64,000 nt of DNA from Pelomyxa schiedti (lineage: Eukaryota > Protista > Evosea): assembly GCA_020536535.1 (NCBI GenBank), contig JAHLWZ010000862.1, positions 1-64,000 on the forward strand, read 5' to 3'. A program made the translations under genes and the position numbers. This document shows, piece by piece, positions 35,142-48,700 of the stretch. Below the pieces are notes generated by a model. That model saw only the letters and a program-made list of their open reading frames with translations. It was not told the DNA's origin and did not search any database. The first letter of the stretch is position 1; the number at the start of each line of letters is the position of its first letter.

Positions 35142-38100
35142 ATGGGTGGTTCGCAGTCGCAGGAGGGTGCTGCACCCGTGCCCCCTCCGCCGCCCCCTCC
35201 CCCTCCAAACCAACTCCAAACCCCCGAGCCCCGTGCCCGCGACGTCCCCACGCCGCCCCCGCCGCCGCCTCCGCCTCCGCCTCCCCCGCCCCCTCTGTGC
35301 GGGGACCCCCCGTTCTGGTCGTACCCAGCGCCATACGCAGACCCCTACCCATGCACATACACCCCCGGGCCCCCGCCTCCGCCGGCTCCTCCTCCTCCTC
35401 CTCCTCCGCCGGCTCCTCCTCCTCCTCCTCCTCCTCCTCCTCCTCCTCCGCCGCCGCCGCCGCCGCCGCCGCCTATCCCTGGGCGGACATGGGGGGCGCG
35501 GGGCGGCCATGGGTACAAGTACCGCCTTGGGCTGCGCGACATACTCTGTTCTTGTGAAATAAGGGCTCATGTTCATGACCTGTGTGCAAATGTATGCATT
35601 GATTGATTGATTGATTGATTGGTTGGTTGATTGGTTGCTGTTGGCTGGTGATGAGTCTGGTGTATGTTAGTAGGAATAGCTTCAAACACATGAAAAGGTC
35701 CAGTTTGTTCAGACTTATATGAACGATACAGAAACTCCACTGGAAGCCATGTGTGCATTCAAATCTTTTTTCCTCTGTTGCCAAAAATCAATACGATTTA
35801 GTTACGAGTTCCCTCTCTCTACCGATTCCACCATTACTGAATTTATAGCTGATGTCAATGGGAAGAAAATTGTTGGGAAGGTACTCCAAATCTCTGAAAA
35901 AGCTCTTGTCCCAAGCTAATTATGTGCAACAGCTACAAGAAAAGCAGAAAGCAATAAATAAATATGATGATGCCCTGGTAGAAATTCCTTTTTCTACTAC
36001 GTTCTTAAAGACACTAGGCATCAGGACACGAGGCCATGCTTGGGGAGGTTAATGGTGCTACAAAAAAGGTCTTCAAGATTTCTGTTGGTAAATTGTTCCC
36101 AGATTTCCTTTCCCTCCCACAACTTCTCAGGAAACCTTGGACCCAAGGAAACTGCAAAGAGTAGTTCCAAAGTATTTCTCTTACACCTCCCTTATTTAAT
36201 TAGTATCAATCACAATGGCCACTGAACTGCCAACTTCCAAAGAAGAGACTTTACTTGTGCTCCCAGCATCAATGTTTCCGGCTAGGAGTGTTGAGTTAGT
36301 GATCGATGCCACAATTACACTCAGCCAGGAGATAAAATCTGTATTGTGCCGCACCTTCTCTGGTGTTAAGGAAAGCATGTTCTTGGTTTACCCATTCTAA
36401 GTCTTTTTAGGTTTCCGATACTGATTCCCCATATGTGAAGCTTATGCACTTCCAAACTGTTACTGGTTTCTTATTTGAAATATGTTTACCAACTGACCAC
36501 AAGAGCAGGACTACAAGGAAGAGATTTCGAAGTTGTGATTACACCAACCCATCCTTATGTTCCCTCGGCTATCTTAGAGATCTCCCCAGATAAAAAAACT
36601 CGTGCTGTAATGTTGTCATTTTTCCCGGAATGGTCAAACATTGATCCTGACCTGTATGACCCTGCTGGAGAAATTATATTCCTTATCGATAGGTTTGCTG
36701 TCGTCATATTTAAGATTTAATGTTAGATTAGGTCTGGGTCAATGGGTGGTTCTCCAATAAGAAGAGTAGGAGAAACAATGGAGTTATTTTTACGCAGTCT
36801 GCCTCAGAACTGCAAATTCAACGGTTTAAGTTCCCAGTGAAGAAGAGGGATTAAACTTCTATTAGTGGTTGGTTTTGGATCTTATTACGAGAAGCTATTT
36901 CCTACGAGTCAGTTGTACTCCTCCAGCAGTCTAGAAATTGCTGTGCGTCATGTGCGATCTCTCACTGCTGACCTTGGAGGGACTGGTTGGGTCTCAAATT
37001 TTTAGAAAGCTATGCTAAGTAAGTCACCATGCAGATTTGTATAAACCATTGGAAAACATCCTTTCTGAGCAATGTGATGACAATTACCCAAGGCAAGTAT
37101 TCATTCTCACAGACGGTGCTGTTGACGAGAAAGGACCTACCATTACCATCGCTCAAAAGAAATGCAAAAGAGTCAGAGGTCTGCATGATTCAACCCTATC
37201 ATTTGCAAATTCGCCCTTTAGTATTTACATTTGGGATTGGATCATCAGTAGACCAAGATCTCGTATGTAGGCTTGCACAAGCAGGCAAAGGCAGTGCTGT
37301 TTTTATTGAATCCCCATCTGATATTAAAGCGAATGTACAAATCTTTCCTTAATTGTTAAAGAAATGACAATTTATTTCAGGTTATGAAGCAACTTCAGGT
37401 AAGGACCTTATTGCCAAGCCTACTGATATTCTAATCTGGTACAAGAAAGCCTTAGAGCCAATGATGAGAAAACTGAATGTTGTTTGGCCAAATGGCTTCA
37501 AGCCCCTACAGGCTCCTCAAAGTTTGAGGCCAATTTTTAGTAAGGAACGGTTGATTGTGTATGCACTGCTTGAGTCTCTTCCTCAAGAGACTGGTGATGG
37601 AAAAACAAAACTGCCTAATTCTGCTATGGAAGTTGTACTAGAAGGGATAGGGCCAGATGGGAATTATCTGCAATTCCCTGTGACGTGGACACCAAGTTCC
37701 TTTCCTGTACCGCTCTAAGTTTATAATTCCTTTGCACAGATCAAGAAACTGTTGGGACTCTTGTGCATTCTCTGGCCGCAAAGAAATTAATCCAGTAACT
37801 GATTCATCTTCGAAAACTCAATGATAACATCTATTCAGTGAGTTGGAGGAGTCACCGACTCCCGAATCACGCAGTAAAATCCTTGAGCTCTCTTTGAAAT
37901 GGAACGTTGCCAGTAGTATGACAGCCTTTGTTGCAGTTAGCGATCGGTACTTATTCGTCTATTTTCGTCCACTCAACATTCCAAGATCTGAACCAGTGGA
38001 GGGTACCATGCAGACCGTCTCGGTTCCTCATGGACCTCAAACAGACCCAGCAACAAGTGTAAGTTCTACCATATGCTATTTCTTTTTAATGCAGTATTTC

Positions 38101-39131
38101 CCCAGCAACTTCTCGCAACAATCACCCACGGGATGTCTCTGAGGTCTACGCCGTCGCCAGCCACAACTGCCTCGCCATCGTCCTCACCTACCCAAACCCA
38201 GATATTAGGTAGCCTTTCACGCAGGCTTACTTTGCAAACTTCAGACGACGAAGACGACTCTGACGAGCCCTGGAGCGACGGCGACTCTGCCCCGCCGGCG
38301 AGACCTGCGGCTCCGGCCTCCCTGCCGCCACCACCTCCGCCACCACCAGCCGCATCCTTATCTCGCCCTTCGACCAGACACGACCCCCATGGTGGTTCTT
38401 CAGCCCCACCGCCGCCGCCGCCCCCGCCACCCGGATGCAGGGGCTATGGTGGCTCTCCCCCGCCGCCGCCGCCGCCGCCGCCTCCACCACCACCTGGTCC
38501 TCCGCCTCCGCCCACGTCCCGGCGTCCGTCGAAGCCTGGCCAGGCTGATGGTGGCTCTGGCTCGCGCCCGCCACCGCCGCCACCTCCTTTACATCACCCC
38601 TCGGCTCCTCGTCACCCACCGCCACCACCAGGGGGTGCTGAGGGTGCCTCGGGCTCGCCTATGCCTCCGCCTCCCCCTCCGCCGCCGCCACCGCCGCCGC
38701 CTGGTTTATCATTCGCTCCTCCTCCACCGCCTCCGGCCGCTTCTTCGTACTCGCCGCCGCCGCCGCCACCGACTTCCGGGGGCCGTTCGCAACCGAGTGC
38801 ATCGGGAATAGATGGAATCATCTGCCTACAGGAAATCGACGGGAGCTGGCTCAAAGCCAGTGCGATTTCGATTCTGGGGGCCGGGCCCTGCTCTTCCCTA
38901 CCCAGCGAACTACAACAGGCACTGACTCCACAGGAAAGCGAGCTTATTGCGACCATCTGGTGCACGGCTCTCGTGGTTTCCTGGGTGACCAGGACTTACT
39001 CTAGTGACCAAGTCACGTGGCAGCTAATTGTACAAAAGGCCCGGAAGTTCATAGCCATCACAAAACAACGATTACACGCACCAGCACAATTCGACATCTA
39101 CCAAGCAGCACACAGTGCATTATTCACATAG
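35142..39131 (+). CDS. VIT + von Willebrand A domain protein (VWA5A-like) with N- and C-terminal polyproline tracts
   Basis: VIT: QTYMNDTETPLEA-YEFPL...FIADVNGKKIVGK...AINKYDDA. vWA: EIIFLIDRSGSM, ADLGGT, VFILTDG, FTFGIG. C-terminal CLQEIDGSW...WQLIVQKARKF. N-terminus MGGSQS. Confidence 0.85.
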
Positions 39132-39298
39132 CCTCTTTGCCAATGACAAACAACACAACCCTTTGTACTTCATGTGCAAACAAAGGAGAAAACGACTTTT
39201 CGTGTAACAACTTTCTTCGATGGAGGAAAGACTTCATTCCCATACAAGGAACCCGAGGAAATCGCCAGGTCCGCCTAAGGCAAACTACAAGCCGAAAA

Positions 39299-39392
39299 AG
39301 CCTGAACAATGGAAAAAGCAGACAGACTTTTCTAGTTGAATTTCTTGATCCCTCCCAGGAGAGAGTCTTCTTGAACTGTTTCTTCCAAAGCT
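39299..39392 (+). ncRNA. Candidate hairpin RNA (orphan RNA D)
   Basis: UGGAAAAAGCAG/CUGUUUCUUCCA (11 of 12 pairs) enclosing AGACUUUU/GAGAGUCU. DUSE variant TCCCATAC at 39238-39245. Confidence 0.35.
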
Positions 39393-39465
39393 TAAAAGCC
39401 CGAAAGAAACACAAAAAAAATAAACAAACAAACACCCACTCCTCAGAAGGGATTAATACACCACA

Positions 39466-41092
39466 ATGAGTATCTTCTCATCTACGTCGTTTTACAACTC
39501 GTCGTCCTCGTACGTCGTACCTCCGCCCGAATCTTCCGACGATGGAATCCCTACGTGGGTATATGCCGTCATTCCATTTATCTCGTTCTTTGGCGAGTTA
39601 GTAGGTAGACCACAACCCGACACAAGATAGAAAAGCCCCGTGTTGGAGTTTTATAAAATTTTAACACAAATTAGATAGCTCCATTGGAATGGGGTATGGT
39701 ACTACTCTGGTGCCAGTCCTGATGACTCCTGCTTTTCACCTTGAAAGAAAGACTATTGTCCAGTCTGTGCTAGTGTCAGAACTGTGTACTGGACTTCTGG
39801 CAACTATTTTCCACCTCCTGTTCAGAAACGTAAATTTCGGTGTGCTTGCTGGGTACTTGGTTATTGGTTTCCTAACACTCAACTTCAGGGTGCAACCCAA
39901 ATAAAATTCTGCCCAACAAGCTTGTAAAGTGCTTGAAGCTGGATAAAAACTACACCGACGAAGTTAAAAAGGAAATTGAGAAGGAGGGTCTTGGAGAAGA
40001 AGCAGTATTTACCCTTTTGCCCACTCTTCTTATTCTTATTTCTGAATCCTATTCAGCTAGAGGCACTTGTTGACGAATATATAGAAGATGACCAACACAA
40101 GTCCTCTCCTCCTGTGTCCCCAGTTTCTTCGCCGGAGATTGACCCCGCCTTATCTCCAGACATAACAGTGAGTGTCAACAAAGTCGAAGAATTTGATGTC
40201 GAAGGTCCCACTGAAGACCCTCTTGCATGGTATTGGAAAGCATACCTCACGATGAAAAGATTATGGACAAGAGATTCACAGGTCAGTTCACTGCCTCATC
40301 TGGAAAGGAAATTCCTCACTTACATGATCAGGTGGTTACACTTTTGGTTCTCTTTGGAGTGGTGGGAACTATAATAAGCACTATCATCAATGCCAAGTAT
40401 GGTTGGTCAAAGAAACAGAAGTACGCCATCAAGATGTACGTGGCAGTCATGGTCCTTTGCATGGGACTCTGCATTCTGGTTTTTACCACTTTCAAATTTC
40501 TTGTAAGTACCAGCCGTATTCGGGATATTCCAACTAATTAGGATTAGACAAAATATGCTTGGTGGAAAATAGCTATCCTGGGTCTCGTTACAGGGTTTAA
40601 TAAAGGTATCAGCGGAGGTGGCTACGGTCCAATAGCAGTATCAGGCCAAATGGTAGACAAGTGAGACTAGTGTATCTTTCTGCTGATACAAAAATAGATA
40701 TGCGGAAGACCCCAAAAAAATGCTATTGCTTCTACTTCAACCGCAGAAGCTATTATCAGTCTTTCTGGAATCATTTGCTCTCTTTCATCAAATGCAATCC
40801 AGGGAAAGAGTAAGTGTCTCTTTTTCACACTGAATCTGATTAGTCTCCAGATAGCAAGGAGCAGTACTCACTTGTACCATACCTGATAATCGGCTCGTGT
40901 ACTTCTACGCCCTTTGCCGCTTATTTCACACGCATAGTGAAAACAAAAGCCCTAAGATACATTGTTGGGATTGCAACTACTTTGCTTGGGGTATCTTGTT
41001 GTAGAGGGGAGAAATTTTTGACTTGCTCACAGGTTTACTCCATTATAGCCGCAGTACTATCGTACAAGGGCATATGGTCTGGTGCTGAGTAA
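39466..41092 (+). CDS. TauE/SafE (TSUP) sulfite-exporter family membrane protein
   Basis: GELVDSSIGMGYGTTLVP and GFNKGISGGGYGP motifs; multiple transmembrane segments. Confidence 0.85.
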
Positions 41093-41386
41093 ACTCTCTT
41101 TCTGATTTCTATCAAACAGTAGCTACTATTATTACATCAAATAATCTTGTTTTCCTGTTCTGAATAAGCAAGCAGGAAGAACAGAAAAAAAATGAAATAT
41201 TATTTCGAATTCTGTTGTTCTTTATACTGGGTTTTCGTATTTCTTAGGTCACTTCTGCTCTGATTTCCAGAGGGTGCCAACTGTATAACTCCAATCGAGA
41301 AGGATAGTAGTGTTTTGATGCCTGCAAGAAAGTAAAGAGTGTAAGAGGGCAGAACGGCTCAAATTGGCAACCGTAGAAACCTGGAA

Positions 41387-41954
41387 TCACGGGTAGAAAT
41401 AAACAGTTATGGATACACCAGTGCCATCGAAAGCACTCTGCACAAGGGGCTTCACTTTTGACCACTCCAAACCATCCAAGCCACAACCAATTGCCGGCAT
41501 CGCGAGGTTTGTGACCCCTTTATCCATGCAGTGGGCTGCCAGCGATTGCAGGCCTCTCTGCAGGTCCTGGTATGTGGCCTTGCTCCAGTGTTTCTCCTTG
41601 TTGACTATATTGAACACCCACCGAGATGGCGGTCGAGCTATTGCCCCAACATCACCAACCTTCGGTTTTTTTTTTTTTTGTGAGTGATTTGCATATCAAA
41701 ATAGAAGTAGTAGAAAAGTGAGAAACAGGGTTATGTTTATGTATTAAAAAAAAAGGGAAAAAAACAAAAAAGGCTGAAAACAAAGCACACACAGACAGGT
41801 TCATGGACTGCAACTCAGGCCTCATGTTCCCAAACCTCTGCGTGAACTTCACTACTATTCCTTTGCCCATTGCCAGATCTCGCGAAATGCACTGCACCAT
41901 GGAGCACGACGCCGGCGCACTAAACAAGTCCCCGTGTACCTCCCTGATCGACAT
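41387..41954 (-). CDS. TARG1/OARD1-type macrodomain ADP-ribose hydrolase
   Basis: GDLFSAP...QCISRDLAMGKGI...F and LAMPAIGCGLDGLEW. Confidence 0.88.
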
Positions 41955-42044
41955 AGTCTCTTTGTTTCCAATCAAATGACCAGCTGATCTGTAATCAGCG
42001 GGGATGATGGGCTAATCATCCTATTGTCAGTTAATTCGCAACAA

Positions 42045-42984
42045 ATGAGCCGCGGCGGACCGCGGTGGCGCATGGGGTACACCAGCAAAGAGGTGGGGGA
42101 GATGATGGAGGCGGTGGGGCCCTACGCTAGGCCCATGTGTGGCAGGTGGCCCAGCGCCGAGGAAAAGGGGCGCCTGGCCCTGCTGGTAGTGGACATGCAG
42201 CGGGAGTACGGGCCAATGGCCGCCGCAGTGGCCGGCAACGTGGCAGCGCTCGTGGCCGCGTGCAGGGAAAAGGGCATACGGGTGCTCTACACACAGGTGG
42301 GGCGGGGCTTCCTTCACCTTTTCTCGTTCTGCGTGGCCGTTCGCACCGCTATTGTGGGACATACTTCCTCACTTTTTTTTTTTTTTTTCAGCATGGGCAT
42401 GAGGACTTGGAGGAGGACGGGGGGATGTTATATGAGTTTTGGGGTGAGTTGCCAATGAGGGGTTCAAAGGCATGGCAGTTCATACCAGAAGTGCAACCAC
42501 TGCCCAGTGAACATGTTGTACACAAGGTGTGTGCATAAAAAAATAAAACAAAACATAACAAGAAGAAAAAAAAAAAAAACAAGTGACTTTCTGAGTGTGA
42601 GCAGCTACTTTGCGATTATGCTGATTGATTTGTTGCTCCCTAGAAAACGTACAGTGGCTTTCTCAACACTGATTTGGAAGAGACACTTGTATCATATGGC
42701 ACAACGACTTTGATAATTGCTGGCGTGTTAACAAACTGCTGCTGTGAGACAACTGCAAGGGACGCCTTCAATCGCGGGTATCTTTCACATTACCAACAAC
42801 AAACACGAAAAATCTTTGAAACACAAATTCACACTCTCAAAGGTACCGAGTAGTGTTTGTTCCTGATGCAACTGCAACAAGTAGCAAAGATCTCCACCTG
42901 TCCACACTCAAAACACTGGCTTATGGGTTCACCTACATGGTTCCCACTGCTGAACTCCTAAGCGCTTTGCGATCCCGCTACTAA
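42045..42984 (+). CDS. Isochorismatase-family cysteine hydrolase
   Basis: ALLVVDMQ, KKTYSGF and AGVLTNCCCETTARDAFNRGY (D-K-C triad). Confidence 0.9.
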
Positions 42985-43153
42985 ATCTACTCTGCCTCGT
43001 ATCTGAATTTCCCTTCATTTTTCAAATTGGTTTTTAGTTCTGCGACTACGTATTTTTTCCCAGGAAGTGCGGCGTTGGCGACCGGTTTATTAATCATGTC
43101 GCTGTCGGGGCTGCCGGTTGGTGGCGAAAAAATCGAGGCATCGGATCGGCATT

Positions 43154-45644
43154 ATGGTTTATGTAAGCTGCTGGTTGGTGCAGGTGGTGTTGTGGATGTG
43201 GGTTACGGATTATGGGATGGTCAGTGGCACTTACGACCCTGGTCTCGTCGGCCGGTCGTTCGCTTATGGTGACTATGACTTTGGGCAGAACGCCACCACA
43301 TCTCTTCAGAGTGAATTATGGGAGAGCGGTAGGTCAACGTACACCTGTGGATTGGACCTGCCTCAGTTGCAAAAGATGAGCGAGATGCTGGGCGACAAAG
43401 CAAAGAACATGAAGCGGAATTCTGTTGATGATCAAGATTATGGGTATGATATTTCTTCTATCTCCCCTGTTTTAGGGCTCATACGAAAACATCTGATGTA
43501 GCAGAAGAAACAACGCAAATGGACGTGGAATTTTGGCGGCACAGGCAGAACACTTGGTCAAGCACATTAGAATTCACCCAGAATATTTGCTGAACACTTT
43601 GTCTTGCCTCGAAGTCGGACAACTTGTAGACTTGGGGTACAATTCACTGTGATAATTCTTTGGTTTCTTAGTTAACACAGGAAATATTCTGCCCAGAGTC
43701 CGTATCGCTGCAGTAATTTCTCAACAGAGGCGTGCATTATTGAATGTGAAGAAGCTGATGTTCTTTCCGAGGAATCCATTGCCTTTCTGCAGAATAATTT
43801 ATTTCCTTCCGTAAAAGGTTAAGAGGTTAAAATTGAGTCACTCCCCTAATTTCTTCATTGAAAAAAAAAAAAGATTTCCTTGAGCAGCACCTCCTTGTTG
43901 ACCCTGTTCAAGGAAATTTGGAATTGGATTCTGTTGTATGGAGTGCATTAAATGGGGTACTACACTCAGGTCACCTATTTTTTTTAACATCAACAAAAAG
44001 AGTTGTGGTGCTGTTGAAATACCTGACAGCTATGTTCAAGATCAAACAAATACTGTAGGAGTTCCAAATTCCGATCTTATTATTTTTATTACAAGTGTCC
44101 CCAACACTGAAAGTATGTTGTTATTCTCAGATGCCTTAATTGTATGAAAAGCTTATTTTTTTATACCAAGCGGTCCTTGCCTCTGCCCTTCCCTGTAATT
44201 TCCATTGGGATGGAAGTGCTTCTGATTGCTGCTTTGGTAGACCTTTAGCTGCTTCCATCAACATTAGTCCTCATTTTCTCAACAATTTATCCCTTTCACT
44301 TGCCTCTGTACCAAAGCAAGTCCTCGATACCTCTTCTACAACCATACCTCCACTCAACGAGTCGAATTGTACTTTCAATGAAGAATTCAAGAGAGCAGTG
44401 AAAGCCATTCTACATGAGATGACCCACGCTCTTGGATTTTCTCCTTTTTTTTATCCCTCTTTTCCTTCACAACCAGCTGTGGTCTATGACCGTATTGAAA
44501 AAAAAACGCCAGGTTGACCAAAACCTCCCTTTTTTTAAACTAAAAACCTTCAGCCGGCAAGCTGTTTGAAGTGCAGGTCCAGTTGCTGGTCACTCCAAAT
44601 GTGATTCAATTTGCTAGGAAGCACTATGGTTGTTCTGATTTGAATGGCATGCCCCTTGAGGATTTTGGTAACCAAGACGACGGCACAATGGGGGCCCACT
44701 GGGAAGCTAATATTGCAGGGGATGAATGTGTGCCTTCTTTATTAATATGTCAATCTCATTTAGTAGATATGGTTGGGGAGTTGAATGTGGACATGCGTGT
44801 CAGTGGGCTCTCTTTTAGCCTTCTTCAGGACACTGGGTACTATACGGTTCTTTTTGAAAAGTTGGATGATTGGGAATATGGCAAAGGCCAAGGCTGTGAC
44901 TTTGTAGAAGGTTTGTGCACAAGCTGGAACACAACATATCAATGCAAACACCGGTACTATTTAGCTATGTTTTTACCCTCTCACCTCTCTAGCAACTTGC
45001 AGCAATGTACACCAACGAGATTGGGAATAGGAAAATGTGATGTATTCGAGTATCAAGAGGAACTCCCTTTACAATACCAACACTTTTCCGACCCTCAGTT
45101 TGTTCTCCCACTCTTTTTTAATGCAATTTTCTCATTTTTCCCCAAAGTGAAGGTGGCTACGATGCCCTCATGGATTTTTGTCCAATTCCCTGGAACTATG
45201 AGACAGCACAAACAAGTACTGAGATATGTACTGGCTGCAGTGGCCAAATTCCTCTTGGGTCTTCACTTGGGGCAAAGCACTGTGCCTCATGTAGGTGCTT
45301 TGAATTAGGTTTGAGTGGGAACCCAGTGTGTTTGCCCACAACATGCAAGCAAGGGAAGCTGTTCATCGGCCTCAAGGTAACTAATTACAACAACACCCAA
45401 AACAAACCAAACCAACCAACAAAAGAACATCACTGTGGAGTGCCCTACACAAGGAGGCCAGGTTACAGTGCCGGGATACCTACTTTACTGCCCTCCAGTG
45501 TGGGAATTGTGCTCGATTCCACAACGCAATATCACCCCTGTTCCAGAAACCACTGAGAACCACAGCCCCACAACACAACTCACCCTCCTGCTGCTGTTGG
45601 TAGCACTTTTGTCACATATGTTTATGCCACTCTCAAGTACCTAG
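43154..45644 (+). CDS. Leishmanolysin/GP63-like metalloprotease (peptidase M8), secreted, probably GPI- or TM-anchored
   Basis: HEMTHALGF, GMPLED...GAHWE, LLQDTGYY...YGKGQGCDF; Cys-rich domain; hydrophobic C-terminus. Confidence 0.9.
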
Positions 45645-45772
45645 ACTCAAAACCAGTTTACAACAACAAGTAAAAACAAATCTTTCTATCCTAAAAAGTG
45701 CTCACCACATTTCCCCCTTCGTCGTAAGAGATTTGGAAATTAAACGGTCACCGAGAAGCGTAACAACGCAAA

Positions 45773-48700
45773 ATGGCCAATGCCCTGGTGCGAGATCTGT
45801 TCGTGGGCGTAATGAGGCAGTTTTTTGTGGTCGACGAGGCTCTCAATTCGTCGCTGTCATCTGCCTCTGGTTTCTTCTTTTTTTTCATTTTCTCGACTTT
45901 CCTTCTTTCGCCTCTCGGTTTGTTTTTGCATTGCATTTGCATTTTCTCTTTGTCTATGGGCGTTTTCGTGAATCTCTGCTCTGTGCAACTGGAATTCCTT
46001 GTACTTGGTCATTGACTTCTATTGAGGGGATTTATGTTTCGAAAATATGAATGTGGCTCCATCGGCGCTGAATGCTCTTGAACTCCCTTTGTGCGTTCAC
46101 AATGGTTGGTTTCTTTTGTGATGCGAAATACCATGGATTCAATACTTGTGAAAAGGTACATTGCAGAAAATGCAGTTATTGATTCCTTGGAACAAATTAT
46201 TCTTGGAACCAGTTCATGTAAAAGCCTCTGGGCTTCATGTGACTCTGGGACCTCCACCAGATGTACATTCCACACTGTTTGATGAAAACTGAACAACCAA
46301 ACATATGCCAGCTTTCTGAAAAGGAGGAACAAGAAAGATATCTTAGAGAAAAGAGGCACACATTGGACAAATTTGAGAAGAGCCTTCAGCAAGGCACAGT
46401 TTTTGTTGATAAACCAAGTTTCACTGGTTATCTACTTTTGTTCTTTCTTGATTTCACCTCTTGTCCCTGTACATACAGGCAGTTTCTTAGAAAAACTGAT
46501 CGACAAACTACTCTCCAATGTTCAAATTTACATAGAAGATGTCAACATTTGTTATAAAGATACAAATGATGTAGGGTATCCTTCACACCTTCAACAATAC
46601 TCTAATGTATTCAAGAACACATTATTTCTTGGGTTCTCACTGGACCATGTTGCAATTCAATCAACTGGTCCAGATTGGATTTCACACTCAAATTGCATAT
46701 CTGGTCCAAAGTATAAGGTCTATGCAAACTTTTTTTCACATTGTCTGACATTGTTAGTTAGTGGACTTGACTGGATTGAGATTTTACGGCCCTCCTCAAG
46801 TATAACAAAAGTCAGTAGTAACACTAATAGTTGCAGAATGCAGATGGCTCTAGTTTTGCATATTTTAATGAACCCTTATCCACTCAACTTAAGGTTTTTG
46901 CTCTTTTCCATTTCACAAATGAGAACTCCTTTCAGGTGGTATGGAATACAGTTTCTACAAGGAGCACACCAAAAATTTCCTTGCAGTCATCTTGTGATGA
47001 GGTTTCCACTTCCGTTATTCAACTTGTAACAATTCTCTAAAAGATCACTGTATGTGTTGGTCACACACAATGGATTTCTATAACCAAATTGATCCAAAAA
47101 TTTACCCACTACCCATGTAAACAAGTATTCACACTTTCTATAACTATTTCTAATATCTTCTTTAGTTTGCAGCTCAAAAACCTAAGGTGAGCCCAAAGGA
47201 GGATCCAAAAGCGTGGTGGAAGTATGCTGGTACTATTCCTTTCCCTTTGAAATTATGCCCTGAAATTCCTCCAGGTAATTATGTACTCAATGAATATCGG
47301 AAACAACATTGGCACCTCTCCTGGGCAACTTTAGCAGAGAGACGAGATACCAGAAAAGAGTATATTCACTTATACAAAAAGAGTAAACTCCATGGGGGAG
47401 TATGTAACCATTTCTAAATAAGGAGCCTAATGTTTTTGCAGCAATCTTCCTTATCAGAAGAGGAAAAAACCCACTTGGCTGCACTTGATGAAAGACTTGA
47501 TATCAGTGACATCATCTTGTAGCCAGCTATACTAAAAGCTTTTATTAACAGAAGACTTAGGTATCGATCAATTGTTATGTCAGAAATAGTGGCCTCACAT
47601 ATTGGAGTTCACTCTCCCTCACAATCAAGGACACCTGGATTACTTGATGCACTTTGTTTACCAAAGGTTTAGCCCTTAGTGAAGGAACATAAATTGAAAT
47701 CAACGATATAGTTTCTGAGTTCAAAACTGGTTGGTGGAAACCTTGAAGCAACCCTTACCTCAGAAGCTCTCGAAAATATATGTACAGAGTTTGGATATCA
47801 ACATACAAAGACCATGACTGAAGTGGCACAAGAGCATTTTTTCCCCCATTGTTCACTCATGTTATAGATGTACTTTGGATTAAAACTTCAAATCAAGCAG
47901 ATTACTCTCTCCTTGAGAGATGGTGGAGCCAACATTGTTCAGAGTAAAATATCTGGTTTTGATTTTTCAGTTCTCTCTTCATGCAAAAAAATATTCTCTG
48001 TGGGTACCTCATGTGTTTGCATTATTGATTGATGTCTCCACCCAAAGATGTCTCTGTGTATTGAGAGTGGAGAGATTATGGATAGCTCTACTACAGACCC
48101 TATGTTTAGGCACATTGTAAAATCTATTTCTCTTTTCATACCTTAATTGTGTGTAGTTTTCATCTTCAACATCCACAAGACCACTTCTGCTCCTTGATTT
48201 TGAAAGAGCGGAAGAAAATAGTAATCAATTTCAAATGAGTTTGAACATTCAAAAAGAATTCGAAGTTTGCTTACCTTTCCCATTCCTGCAGAAAATTGGT
48301 TAGTATAAATTCCTCTTATCCTTTGTTTCTTACATCAAAATAGTGACCTTTTTCCCTCTCCCTTATTCACTCTGTTGCGCCAAAGGGGCACTTACAAATG
48401 TGAAGTCTATGCTTGGATTGAACTCAACATCTCCACTAGTTACACAAGTTTTTCAGATTACAACAGTGGTATGGCTGCTTGATACTTGTCCCCCTCTTTA
48501 CCTGCCCTCAGGGTGCATCCCTCACAATCCCACTGGGCCCAAATCACCCAGATACAGTTTTTCTTGTACTATCCATTGATTCATTTACTATGCATCCACA
48601 AAATCCTGGGTCAATAGAAATCTTTTCTTGTGGAGATCTAACCTTACAAAAAGATATCAGCTCGCCATTGGGGGTATCACTGCTTACTTACAAGGGATTA

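Noticed and set aside
35124-35576. Poly-Arg, poly-Gly and poly-Ser ORFs
   Set aside because: Shadow frames of the polyproline-coding exon.
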